Shown piece after piece: positions 26,000 to 35,333 of a stretch of DNA of 64,000 nucleotides. Below the pieces are notes generated by a model that saw only the letters and a list, made by a program, of their open reading frames with translations, was not told where the DNA came from and ran no database searches. The position numbers and the translations under genes are program-made. This DNA is from an uncultured virus (IMG/VR IMGVR_UViG_3300032282_002939) (lineage: Duplodnaviria; Heunggongvirae; Uroviricota; Caudoviricetes). Location of the stretch: positions 1-64,000 of IMG/VR virus record IMGVR_UViG_3300032282_002939; one strand, given 5' to 3'. Position 1 is the first letter of the stretch. Every line of letters begins with the position of its first letter.

Positions 26000-26533
26000 T
26001 TATCCAATCATAGAACAAATTTTGTTGAAAACTACTTCTTGATCGGAAAAATTATTATTGTCAAATTTGTCTACACTAAACATCAAAACGAAATTTGATA
26101 AAATATTAGATATTTTGCTTTCTCGGCCAGCTAGCCAAGTTTCGTTTTGTTCGCTGCCTCGTTCTTTGTATCGCTCTTGGCGAACTGGTTTATCTGTTCG
26201 TAGATAGATAATCTGCAATTCGTATTTATCCAAACAGTCTTCCAGAAAAGAAGCTGTGAATAATCTATCTCCCTCGTAAAGAACAATAGAATCTTTTGGT
26301 AAAGTCTCAAGGAATTTAATAGCTTCTGGTTGCACAGCCATACTCATGCGATCTGTTCCTTGGGCGTATCCACCTTCTTCATATTTACCTAATACGTAAA
26401 TATTGTTATGCTGTAGATAAGGCACCAGTTTTACTGATTCATATTTGGGTAACATATTATATTTTTCAATAATTTTCTTCATAAGAGTGGTTTTACCACA
26501 CCCTGGTTCTCCACCAATTGCAATTACAAGCAT
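26000..26533 (-). CDS. P-loop nucleotide kinase-like protein associated with base modification
   Basis: GGEPGCGKTT, LGKY, GTDRMSMAVQ, EGDRL, RGS.Q. Confidence 0.82.
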   Translation of the reverse strand: MLVIAIGGEPGCGKTTLMKKIIEKYNMLPKYESVKLVPYLQHNNIYVLGKYEEGGYAQGTDRMSMAVQPEAIKFLETLPKDSIVLYEGDRLFTASFLEDCLDKYELQIIYLRTDKPVRQERYKERGSEQNETWLAGRESKISNILSNFVLMFSVDKFDNNNFSDQEVVFNKICSMIG

Positions 26534-26534
26534 T

Positions 26535-27521
26535 TCAATTCTCCAAATATGCCAATAAATCATTATTGAAGTCGTTTTTTTGGAACAACCCTGTAGCGTC
26601 TAGTATATTTTTGTTGAGGTATAGAGACATTTTACTATTGTTTATGCTATTAGTCAACAACTTTTTTTCTAAACTTTCGTTTCTAAAATCCCAAAGAGGT
26701 TGCCAATCAATTCCATCCCAATTATCTTTTTCACAGGCTTTAATTTCTTCGGCTTGTCTATCTAGATAATATCCCAAATACCTTCCATGAGATACTCTAA
26801 AAAGCTTCTTGAAACTACAAAGAACTGTTTCCATATCAAAGTAATCAGTATTAGGATACTCTTTCTTGACCTCTTCAAGAATATAATAAGCCTGACCGTC
26901 TAGGTATTCTATTTCTTTATTGTTTAATTTTTTATCATACCATTCATCAAGACCAAGAGCCATGACAAGACCGTTACGATGTGAACGACTGCCTTCGTGA
27001 TCATCTAACATCAAATGAGATGGTTCTATGGGCAAGTTACAACATTGTTTTAATGTTTGTAAATAAAACCAAGTTGAATAACGACCAAATTTGTGAAATT
27101 TGTTTTTTACTTCTTGCCAAAGTAAATCAAAATTCTCTTTTACTGATCCTTGGAGGAATTCCGCAAAAGCTTCTGATTGAGAACTATCACCAACCCATTG
27201 TTTGTAACTTTCGAACTGCTTTGGAAGATGACCTTTGTTCCATTTGGTGTCAGTTTGATAACGGAGCCGTTTGTAATTGTTATTGTTCCATTCGCGGAGT
27301 CTTTCGATTCCGACGAGTTCCATATCTGGGAATTCATTCCATATCACCCATGTAGTTGGAAAATAATATGTTGTTCCATAAATCCAAGCAATCCATAATT
27401 TTTGCTCGATATTGTGTTCAAATCTTTCAAAAAGATAATTTGTCATATGTATAGCTGGATCGCAGTCCCTTATTTCAAGGGACCACTTATACCAATTTAT
27501 AAAATCTTTTTTACGATTCAT
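26535..27521 (-). CDS. aGPT-pyrophosphorylase clade 2 / amino acid:DNA transferase-like protein (HhH-glycosylase fold)
   Basis: DCDP, KFGRYSTWFYLQ, ETVLCSFKK, RYLGYYLDRQ. Confidence 0.8.
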   Translation of the reverse strand: MNRKKDFINWYKWSLEIRDCDPAIHMTNYLFERFEHNIEQKLWIAWIYGTTYYFPTTWVIWNEFPDMELVGIERLREWNNNNYKRLRYQTDTKWNKGHLPKQFESYKQWVGDSSQSEAFAEFLQGSVKENFDLLWQEVKNKFHKFGRYSTWFYLQTLKQCCNLPIEPSHLMLDDHEGSRSHRNGLVMALGLDEWYDKKLNNKEIEYLDGQAYYILEEVKKEYPNTDYFDMETVLCSFKKLFRVSHGRYLGYYLDRQAEEIKACEKDNWDGIDWQPLWDFRNESLEKKLLTNSINNSKMSLYLNKNILDATGLFQKNDFNNDLLAYLEN

Positions 27522-27966
27522 AAAAATTTCTTAAATCGTTTGTCTTTAAGTCAATAAGAAAACGAATATTTTTATTTAAATCTCTATCCGCCAAAAACAA
27601 ATCTTTATCTTTTGGTTGTGGTTCTGTATTTTCCATCCAGGAATCAGCCGTTTCTATTAAAGATTGCGGTAGTTGAGAAAAACTATACATCTTTGCACCA
27701 CCACCATTGCTTTGATTATACCAAGCGTCATTAGTAACAGCATTATTTTTCGAAAGAATATAGTGTTCTAGAGTCATACAATCATCAACAGCGCCTCGAT
27801 GAATTACTGTTTTACGCAGAAGTCCATGAGACCATGCATGGCGCAAAGGATAATTGTCAGAGGAGAAAACATAACCATCATTTTCTTCATTGGTTTTATG
27901 ATAACCAACATAGCGCATTCCGTTTTCAACATTGATATATCCATAAACAATAGCTTCGTATTTCAC
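27511..27966 (-). CDS. GIY-YIG-like protein, possibly truncated
   Basis: AIVY...RYVGYHK..DGYVFSS, E, WYNQSNG. Confidence 0.6.
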   Translation of the reverse strand: MKYEAIVYGYINVENGMRYVGYHKTNEENDGYVFSSDNYPLRHAWSHGLLRKTVIHRGAVDDCMTLEHYILSKNNAVTNDAWYNQSNGGGAKMYSFSQLPQSLIETADSWMENTEPQPKDKDLFLADRDLNKNIRFLIDLKTNDLRNFYES

Positions 27967-28010
27967 AATTTTATCCCTTTTACACGAAAAATTCAGAACA
28001 TATTATAACA

Positions 28011-28547
28011 TTATTCAGAGTAAAAATCAACACCTTTATACTCCACAAAACACTCTATACATCCACCCTTTCCTTTTCTATTCATCTGTTTCCATATATA
28101 AGAATCTATTTCCATATTATTCATTTTTATGTGTGAATTTGTCAATTTAAACATAGACAATTGTGCTGTTTTTTGCCGACAAACAAATTTGAAACCGTAT
28201 TTTTCATAAAATCCTACCGCGTCTAATTCTGCAGAAACGCGAAAGTAATCAGACTGCATTTCGTGTGCAAAAGCTAATCCCCAATCGCATAAGATACTAG
28301 CCACACCATTACCTCTAAATTCATGAAATGTATGGAGTAATTGTAGATTTGCAACCTTTGGGTTTCTCTTTGAAATAGTAACAACTATAGCGCCAGCTAA
28401 TTTGTCATCAATGATGACACCTCTGCAACCCTCCCAACCATTTAGCATATCACATTTAGCCACAAAAGTTTTAGCAAAACGATCTTCTTTTTTATCTGTT
28501 AATGCTGAAACAAATTCTTGCCTATCAATTTTTCTCATATACTTCAT
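28011..28547 (-). CDS. GNAT N-acetyltransferase
   Basis: FRGNGVAS acetyl-CoA loop and AVGFYEKYGF. Confidence 0.85.
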   Translation of the reverse strand: MKYMRKIDRQEFVSALTDKKEDRFAKTFVAKCDMLNGWEGCRGVIIDDKLAGAIVVTISKRNPKVANLQLLHTFHEFRGNGVASILCDWGLAFAHEMQSDYFRVSAELDAVGFYEKYGFKFVCRQKTAQLSMFKLTNSHIKMNNMEIDSYIWKQMNRKGKGGCIECFVEYKGVDFYSE

Positions 28548-29409
28548 AAAATTCTCGTTGTTTCTTGCCTCTTGATTTGTCGTATTTTGTCTTTTCCCAT
28601 CCAATATACATATCGTGATCGTATTCAAACTTAGGAAATTGGAATTTATCTTCTAATAATATTTCATCAACATTAGGTCCATCGTTCAAAGCCGCAGATA
28701 TAAATTTCTCAACAAATTTAAAAGAATCAGCAATTTCCTGTTCATTGACCGAAGAACGAAAACAACGAAATTCAATAGTTCCTGTGTGCTTCATACAATA
28801 AGTATTAATAGCGTATCGAAATGGTCTTCCCATAGAAACACCATCTTTACCTGCTGCATGCAGCCTAATAAAGTCGTCAAAATTATTGGCTAGTTTAGTT
28901 ATATTATCACACATATAATCTGGCATTGGTCTACCACCATCCCATTTTAAATATGTTTTGGCTGTTTTTGAGCTATTCATCAAAGGAGATAGACGAAATT
29001 GATAACATTTTTCAATAGTAATATGTTGATTTTCTTTAATGTATCTGATTAGTTTCTTTAGAGATTCTATATCTTCTTTTAATCCAGGAACAAAAACGTG
29101 TAAATGTCCGTGATTAACACAACTAGCTGTCGGTTCTTGTTTTAAATCACGAAACAGAGAAATGATTTCATTAATACGATCAACTTGCTCTTTCCAAGTC
29201 TTGGTTGGTTTTGTGTTAATTTCTCCACCGACGGGTGGAGAAATACCTAGAGGATCACAAGCCAAACCTCTATATGGATCTGTTAGATTAACAATATCAG
29301 TTTCCGCATATTCCCATTTACCTAAATGATCTGGAATAACAACATCTCTGCCTATATCTCCAAACTCTAATTCATAACCCCATGTAAATTTAGAAGAGTC
29401 ATATTTCAT
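28525..29409 (-). CDS. Amidoligase (COOH-NH2 ligase family)
   Basis: TWGYELEFGD, GGEINTKP, HGHLHV, RYAIN, GTIEFRCF. Confidence 0.82.
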   Translation of the reverse strand: MKYDSSKFTWGYELEFGDIGRDVVIPDHLGKWEYAETDIVNLTDPYRGLACDPLGISPPVGGEINTKPTKTWKEQVDRINEIISLFRDLKQEPTASCVNHGHLHVFVPGLKEDIESLKKLIRYIKENQHITIEKCYQFRLSPLMNSSKTAKTYLKWDGGRPMPDYMCDNITKLANNFDDFIRLHAAGKDGVSMGRPFRYAINTYCMKHTGTIEFRCFRSSVNEQEIADSFKFVEKFISAALNDGPNVDEILLEDKFQFPKFEYDHDMYIGWEKTKYDKSRGKKQREFYEVYEKN

Positions 29410-30083
29410 TGTAAATCCTCTGCATTAGAACTGAAAAGTTTATCGGTTATATTAAAATCTATAATAGTGTATTCTCTGTACATTTCTGTAGGAACTGAAA
29501 AACTCAACCCAGACCTTTTTGCTATATCAGAAGTAGACGTAAAAACAAACCCGTTCGCACCATAGGAATAATATAAAGGTCTTGCTTCGTTTCGAAAAGC
29601 AGTAAATTTCTTTTGATGATCAATAGTGCAAACAGCCATACTAGAGGGTCTAAATTTTTCTAAAGGATGTTCATTGTTTTCTAATGCTCTCAATATCAAT
29701 TCACTGTCATTAGAAGTAATTGTTTTATACCCATATAATTCTTCCCATAGATCTTTACTTTCTTGAGAAATCACACCATTGTGGGCAATAGCTAATTTTT
29801 CGGTAGAAATTGGTTGATTGTATCTAAGGTCGCTAGTAGAATACCTTATGTGACCAATACAATACAAATTACCATCTTCATTTTTCCAAGAAAGTATATC
29901 TTGTTTTGATATAAATTCGTTCGCCGGGACAGGTTCTTTTATTGTATTTACAATATTATTTTTAACATACGAAACACCAGTAGCGTGTTTACCTCTTATC
30001 ATAGATTGTAGAAAAAGATCGCGAATCAATCCACAATCTTTTTCTTTAAAATCTTTAATCAATATTCCTAGAACACCACACAT
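29406..30083 (-). CDS. Class II (Ntn) glutamine amidotransferase
   Basis: N-terminal MCG, RG.HATG, GHIRYST, NQP, AHNGVI, NDSE. Confidence 0.9.
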   Translation of the reverse strand: MCGVLGILIKDFKEKDCGLIRDLFLQSMIRGKHATGVSYVKNNIVNTIKEPVPANEFISKQDILSWKNEDGNLYCIGHIRYSTSDLRYNQPISTEKLAIAHNGVISQESKDLWEELYGYKTITSNDSELILRALENNEHPLEKFRPSSMAVCTIDHQKKFTAFRNEARPLYYSYGANGFVFTSTSDIAKRSGLSFSVPTEMYREYTIIDFNITDKLFSSNAEDLQ

Positions 30084-31411
30084 TAAAAGAAAGTTTCTAA
30101 ACTAGAAGTTTTTTCTATTTCCCCAAAAACGTCCACTAGACCATCTTCGTCTATGTGATTGTGTTTACGAAGAAAGTCTCTCCACTCTTCGATTTTAAAA
30201 CAGCCCGGCGACACTCCATTCCAAAGCGGACGATAGTACTTATGATCTTTGTTGGCTCGGCGTTCTTCGATGTATTGCTTACGAAGCTGCTCATAATCCC
30301 AAGATTTTAGATCCATCATTTTCTCTCTAAAATAAGCGACAATTGTCATACGATCATTATTTTCGCCGATCAATGCATCATTGCCATGGATACCACCGTG
30401 ATTATTTACCAGCAACATATCACCTGGTTGTAGATTGATAGCAATTTTAAATTCAGGAAGAATGAATTGACCGCCTTGCCAGCCTTTTCCTTCTGGTCCG
30501 GTAACTCCACAAATATTAGAAAACCCTTCATGAAGATCTCCTGCGTCTCTATGGCAAGCAGTTCTCCAATTATGATTTACAGTCAATGTTGTGAACACAG
30601 TATCATCAATACGAAACCGAGGATCAAGCTTTTGTGCGCAATTGTTTTGTGAAGCCCATCTAACGGGAAGAAGCTCTTTAAATTGTTGATTTAATTTACG
30701 CAGATAAGGAAAACATTTCTGAAATAAATCATAATGTTTTTCTGTGTAAGAAGTTGCACGACCATAAGGAATTCGTGGGTAACGATCAAAATATCCTGCA
30801 ATACCAGACATAACTGATTGAGCGTAATTTGTGTCAGAAACATAATATTTCAGAACATGTTCTGCTTCTTTTCTTTGTTCTTCTCTGGAATAGTTATGGA
30901 TGGAGTCCACCCACTTATCAAACCATCCATGATATTCTGGATATCGTTTAGTTACTTCTGAACGAAGCCAAACTTGACCACGAGTCTCTTCTTTTTTTAG
31001 GCACGATTGATGGTAACGTCTAATCGACTCAATAGTTTCGTCTTGGATAATGATATTATCTGGTCTAATCAAATAATCTAGAACGTCTAGATGATATCCA
31101 GTCACCCAATCTCTACCGCCGCGTCCAGCAGAACCGAGAAACTCACCACGGGGACCGGCAGCAAGACCTCTGTTTTGAGATTCTGTTGCCGCTCCGATAA
31201 GACCTTCATAAGCAAGATCGCATTCCTCTTTTGTAAAGATATTTTTGCGATATTTAAAAATAATATTTGCTTCTGAAATATCACCATCAAGAGATTCAGC
31301 GTACAGATCACAGTCCTCTTCAAGAATAGTATCTGTATACTCAGCACAAGTAATAAATTTTCCCAGGACATGTTCACAATCTGCTTTTTTTCTAACTAGA
31401 ACTTTAACCAT
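30083..31411 (-). CDS. TET/JBP-family 2OG-Fe(II) dioxygenase
   Basis: SGIAGYFDRYPR, FTTLTVNHNWRTACHRDAGD (HxD), HGN, RMTIVAYFRE. Confidence 0.85.
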   Translation of the reverse strand: MVKVLVRKKADCEHVLGKFITCAEYTDTILEEDCDLYAESLDGDISEANIIFKYRKNIFTKEECDLAYEGLIGAATESQNRGLAAGPRGEFLGSAGRGGRDWVTGYHLDVLDYLIRPDNIIIQDETIESIRRYHQSCLKKEETRGQVWLRSEVTKRYPEYHGWFDKWVDSIHNYSREEQRKEAEHVLKYYVSDTNYAQSVMSGIAGYFDRYPRIPYGRATSYTEKHYDLFQKCFPYLRKLNQQFKELLPVRWASQNNCAQKLDPRFRIDDTVFTTLTVNHNWRTACHRDAGDLHEGFSNICGVTGPEGKGWQGGQFILPEFKIAINLQPGDMLLVNNHGGIHGNDALIGENNDRMTIVAYFREKMMDLKSWDYEQLRKQYIEERRANKDHKYYRPLWNGVSPGCFKIEEWRDFLRKHNHIDEDGLVDVFGEIEKTSSLETFF

Positions 31412-31438
31412 ATCAATCTCCTATCTCGATAATATACT

Positions 31439-31467
31439 AGTATATAGTAAGAATACTGTTGTGTCAA
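31439..31467 (-). promoter_or_regulatory. Near-consensus sigma70-type promoter upstream of the modification operon
   Basis: TTGACA-17 nt-TATACT; AGGAG RBS downstream. Confidence 0.78.
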
Positions 31468-31847
31468 GTCCTACTTTTTAGAATACCTGCAATGTCGGGA
31501 GGAGTCCATCCTTCTGGTTTTAGAACTTTACCATCAGCGCGACGAATAACCTTACCATCAACAAGTTTTGCCATATTAGAACGATGTACTTCGTCAAATA
31601 CTTTATCTAAAGGAATACCGTAAGCAACAGCTGTTCCACATGCGATATAAATTACATCAGCAAGAGCATCAGCAATTCCAACAATATCTGCCTTTTCTTC
31701 CGCTTCTAGATACTCATTAAATTCTTCTTGAAGAAGATCAATTCTTAAATCCCTAATAGAGACATCTTCTGGCACTTCAGGATTTGATCCTATTGTTAGG
31801 TCAAAAGCTTTGTGAAATTCAAAAACATCTTTGTACATATTGCTCAT
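31464..31847 (-). CDS. MazG-like all-alpha NTP pyrophosphohydrolase
   Basis: LLQEEFNE, DALADVIY, EVHRSNMAK, DGKVLKP. Confidence 0.88.
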   Translation of the reverse strand: MSNMYKDVFEFHKAFDLTIGSNPEVPEDVSIRDLRIDLLQEEFNEYLEAEEKADIVGIADALADVIYIACGTAVAYGIPLDKVFDEVHRSNMAKLVDGKVIRRADGKVLKPEGWTPPDIAGILKSRT

Positions 31848-31848
31848 G

Positions 31849-32385
31849 TTAAATTATCCATTCTGGGGGGTTGCGGTTTTTCCAGGAATGCATTCTAGCC
31901 TTTCCTAGTTTGTAATAGTTTCTATAATTAACGATTGGGTCGTTGCTTATAATATATTGTTTATCCATGGCAGATGGTGGAGTAGTCCAATCCCATTTTT
32001 CTAAGTTTTTAGGAGGGGATTGAAGCATATAACTCAATTCTCCAAAACAAGAATGTTGTTTGCTATAACGAAAAGTATATTCGCTCATCAAAGCAAAGAA
32101 ATGATCAACAAGCCAATTGTAATTTTCAATTGACTCTCTACACCAAACAGCAGAAGGATGATTGGTGTGCGTCGCTGAATATAAAACATTTTCTCGTGAA
32201 TCGCTGAGAACCCAGCGGCGAGCTTTTCTACCAGAAAGAGTTTTCCCTTCAATTTCTTTGCCATCAAGAAATCGATGCGCTGTGGACAACAGTTGGGCGG
32301 ATTCTAGAACCATTTTCACAACATGACGATCAACGAGACAACGGGCTGCAGTCTGCGCGCATCGGTCAACATAGAAAATATTAAT
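31849..32385 (-). CDS. Pyrimidine-dimer DNA glycosylase/DenV-related protein; inferred ATT start
   Basis: (I)NIFYVD...DRHVVKMVLESAQLLSTAH, H.NHPSAVW, YRNYY; GGAG RBS before ATT. Confidence 0.82.
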   Translation of the reverse strand: MNIFYVDRCAQTAARCLVDRHVVKMVLESAQLLSTAHRFLDGKEIEGKTLSGRKARRWVLSDSRENVLYSATHTNHPSAVWCRESIENYNWLVDHFFALMSEYTFRYSKQHSCFGELSYMLQSPPKNLEKWDWTTPPSAMDKQYIISNDPIVNYRNYYKLGKARMHSWKNRNPPEWII

Positions 32386-32386
32386 G

Positions 32387-33094
32387 TTAGCTCTCCTTCA
32401 AAGAACAGTTATCAAAATGATAACGTCTCATAGCAAATGCACCTCCATTTTTACCACAGTGTGGGCATGCTGTCAATTCTTGTTTATAACCTTTTTCTCT
32501 TACTGGAGAGAAAGCTTCGTTAAACGCTTTGACTTGTCTGATAAGTCCTTCAGGTGAGATTGACTGTCTAGATCTTTTACCATGTTCTTTAAGTTCATCG
32601 GCATTCATCTTTGAAAATCTTGCTTTTTGAGCTTTACTTTTTAATTGTCTGGAATGTTCACTTTCTTTGCTGCCTTTCTTATTTTTATTGGCAGATGATG
32701 TCAGTGCTTTCTTTTGTTCCTTTGTCATCTTTGATCTCTGAAGCTTTAAGCTCTCTGACATTTTAAGAAGTGTTTCTTCAGAATACTCACGATCTACACA
32801 ACCTTCACCGCCAGCAGTCATGTTATATCCATAACCGTAATCATTTGATCTATAATGTTTTATCCATTTTTGTTCAGCTTCATATATTTTACCACTTTCA
32901 CATTCTTCTAACATTTCGATTTTAAAGTTCTCAGAACCGTATTTCTTCATAGCTTGATATAACAGTCGTCTTTCTTTATTGAGACTTTTGCTACATCTAA
33001 CATGATCTTCAAACCTAGATTCGATTGAATGTTTTGTTATTCCAACGTACTTTTTATTATTAACTTCATTTTTGATTAGATATACGTATGACAT
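32387..33094 (-). mobile_element. Free-standing GIY-YIG (Seg-like) homing endonuclease
   Basis: YVYLIKN..KYVGIT..RF..H, GYNMTAGGEG, C-terminal CPHC...RYHFDNC. Confidence 0.88.
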
Positions 33095-33150
33095 ATGTTA
33101 CTCCTTACTTGACCACATGCTTATTTATCTTTACAGAGTGTTCAAGATAT

Positions 33151-33627
33151 TCATCGCTTCCACTTTTTAAAAGCCTGTTGACGATGATAAGGATTCGCTC
33201 TGCGGAAAAACAATTCTCCATTAAGATGATCTAATTCGTGTTGAAAAATTCTCGCTGTCATTCCAACAAATTGTTTTGTCATTACATCTCCATTAGGAGT
33301 ATTGAATCTTACTCTGATCTGTTGTGGACGCTTTATTTTAACGTACAGATTTGGAAAAGTCAAACATCCTTCTTCAAGGAGAATTTGTTGTTCAGAAAAA
33401 TGAACAATTCTAGGATTTATACAAACAAAATTTTCTGGCTGACCTCTCATAGCAAAAATACGATATGGAACACCAACCTGATTGGCGGCAATACCTATAC
33501 CATTGTTATCATACATAAATTTAACAAGGTCTTTTGAAAATTCAATTAAATCAAAAGGTGGATTAAGAAAATCCACTTCTTGACAAGGAGTTTTTAAAAT
33601 AGAGTCTTTGTCAGATACTAATTCCAT
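33151..33627 (-). CDS. def: Peptide deformylase
   Basis: GIGIAANQVG, EGCLT, QHELDHL. Confidence 0.95.
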   Translation of the reverse strand: MELVSDKDSILKTPCQEVDFLNPPFDLIEFSKDLVKFMYDNNGIGIAANQVGVPYRIFAMRGQPENFVCINPRIVHFSEQQILLEEGCLTFPNLYVKIKRPQQIRVRFNTPNGDVMTKQFVGMTARIFQHELDHLNGELFFRRANPYHRQQAFKKWKR

Positions 33628-35333
33628 TATACAATCCTCGAGAAATTTTTATGTTTTTCAAAACGAATTACTTTATCAAATTTGTCATAAAGCTGATCTG
33701 TTTTATGACTTATTATAAACGTGTTTGTGTCGGAAGTCAAGTCATTTATTAGTTTGAGAAATTCTTCGGTCCCGTTTGAGTCAAGAGAAGAATCAAACAC
33801 CTCATCCATAATTAAAATATTTGTATTGATTGAGTTACGCAGTTTTGCTACTGCTCTCCAAGTAAACAAAATAGCAAGATTAATTCTCATCTTCTCGCCT
33901 TCTGAAAAAGACTCATAGGAGAATTCGTCTCTGTATCTGGATTTAATTGTTTCTTTGAATGTTTCATCCAATTCAAATTGACACATAAATTCCATTGATG
34001 AAAGATATTTGTTTATCAACTTGTTTATGATTGGAATATACTGTTTGATAATTCTTGATTTAATCCCACCATCTTTAAGTAACAAAGAAGCAGCATTCAA
34101 CACCAATTTTTCTTCTATCAAATCAATATGTTTCTTTTTTAACTCGTCATAATCTTGTTCTAATTGAACTATTTTAGAGGAATCTTCTTTTTTATCATCA
34201 ATTTTTAAATTATTAATTTCTTCTATTAAAGTTTCCTTGTAATCGTTCAATGAATTCATTCTAGTTTTTAACTGATGTATTTCTATTTTTTTATCATTTA
34301 TCTCATCGTTCACAGAAAGTATCTGTTTGATTTTTTCTTGTATTTCATTTTGCTGTTCTAGAAGCTTTGGTAAACCTTCATCTATCTCTGATATTTGTGA
34401 ATCTCTTTCTCTAATAGCTTCTGCTTTGAAATTTTTTTCAATAGACTGTTTGCAAATTGGGCAGTCATCATTTTCATGAAAAAAATTCAATTCTTTTTTA
34501 AGAACTGCTCTGTTGGCTTCTATTCTATGTTGTAGAGTTTCAAGAGTTTTTAATTTCTTCTTTATAGAATCTTGATCTTCGGTTTTCAAAGATAATTCTC
34601 TTATCATATTTTCATAATATAATACATCTTTGTATAAGTCTTTTATTTGTATATCTGTTTCTTGTATTCTTAGTTTTTTATCTTCTACGAGCTGTGTATT
34701 GTTATTCTGTAGTTGTGAAATGTGTTCTTTTATTAGTTTTATTTTCTCCTCAACTAGTCTTTTATCGGCTTCACAAGTATATATTTTTTCGTTATTACCA
34801 GAAATTTTATCTTTCAATAGAGTATTCATTGTTGTAAAAATCTGCAGATCAAGCAAATCTTCAATAATATCTCTGCGTTGCCCAGCTGCCAACTGCATAA
34901 AAGGTTGAAATGTAGCTGTGCCAAGAACAACCACTTGACAGAAAGATTTATGGTTTACTTTAATAATCTGTTTTTCTAAAATTTCTTGATAGTCTTTCAT
35001 TTCAGCAGATTGATTAAGAAGCGAACCATTTTGATACACTTCAAATATATTTGGTTTTATTCCACGAATAATTCTATATTTGTTAGAACCTATAGAAAAT
35101 TCAACCTCAACGACCATATTTTTCTGCGTAATGGTATTAATAAGTTGAGGCTTATTAATTTTTCTAAAAGCTTTACCAAACAGAGAAAATGAAAGAGCGT
35201 CGAGAATAGTCGATTTGCCCGCGCCATTCTCTCCAACAATCAATGTGGTATTATTTTTATTCAAATCGATTTCAGTGAAAATATTACCTGTTGAAAGAAA
35301 ATTCATCCATCTAAGTTTTTCAAACAAAATCAT
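33627..35333 (-). CDS. 46: Recombination endonuclease ATPase subunit gp46 (Rad50/SbcC-like)
   Basis: GENGAGKST, CPIC hook, coiled coil, FSEGEK, MDEVFD, SH. Confidence 0.96.
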   Translation of the reverse strand: MILFEKLRWMNFLSTGNIFTEIDLNKNNTTLIVGENGAGKSTILDALSFSLFGKAFRKINKPQLINTITQKNMVVEVEFSIGSNKYRIIRGIKPNIFEVYQNGSLLNQSAEMKDYQEILEKQIIKVNHKSFCQVVVLGTATFQPFMQLAAGQRRDIIEDLLDLQIFTTMNTLLKDKISGNNEKIYTCEADKRLVEEKIKLIKEHISQLQNNNTQLVEDKKLRIQETDIQIKDLYKDVLYYENMIRELSLKTEDQDSIKKKLKTLETLQHRIEANRAVLKKELNFFHENDDCPICKQSIEKNFKAEAIRERDSQISEIDEGLPKLLEQQNEIQEKIKQILSVNDEINDKKIEIHQLKTRMNSLNDYKETLIEEINNLKIDDKKEDSSKIVQLEQDYDELKKKHIDLIEEKLVLNAASLLLKDGGIKSRIIKQYIPIINKLINKYLSSMEFMCQFELDETFKETIKSRYRDEFSYESFSEGEKMRINLAILFTWRAVAKLRNSINTNILIMDEVFDSSLDSNGTEEFLKLINDLTSDTNTFIISHKTDQLYDKFDKVIRFEKHKNFSRIV

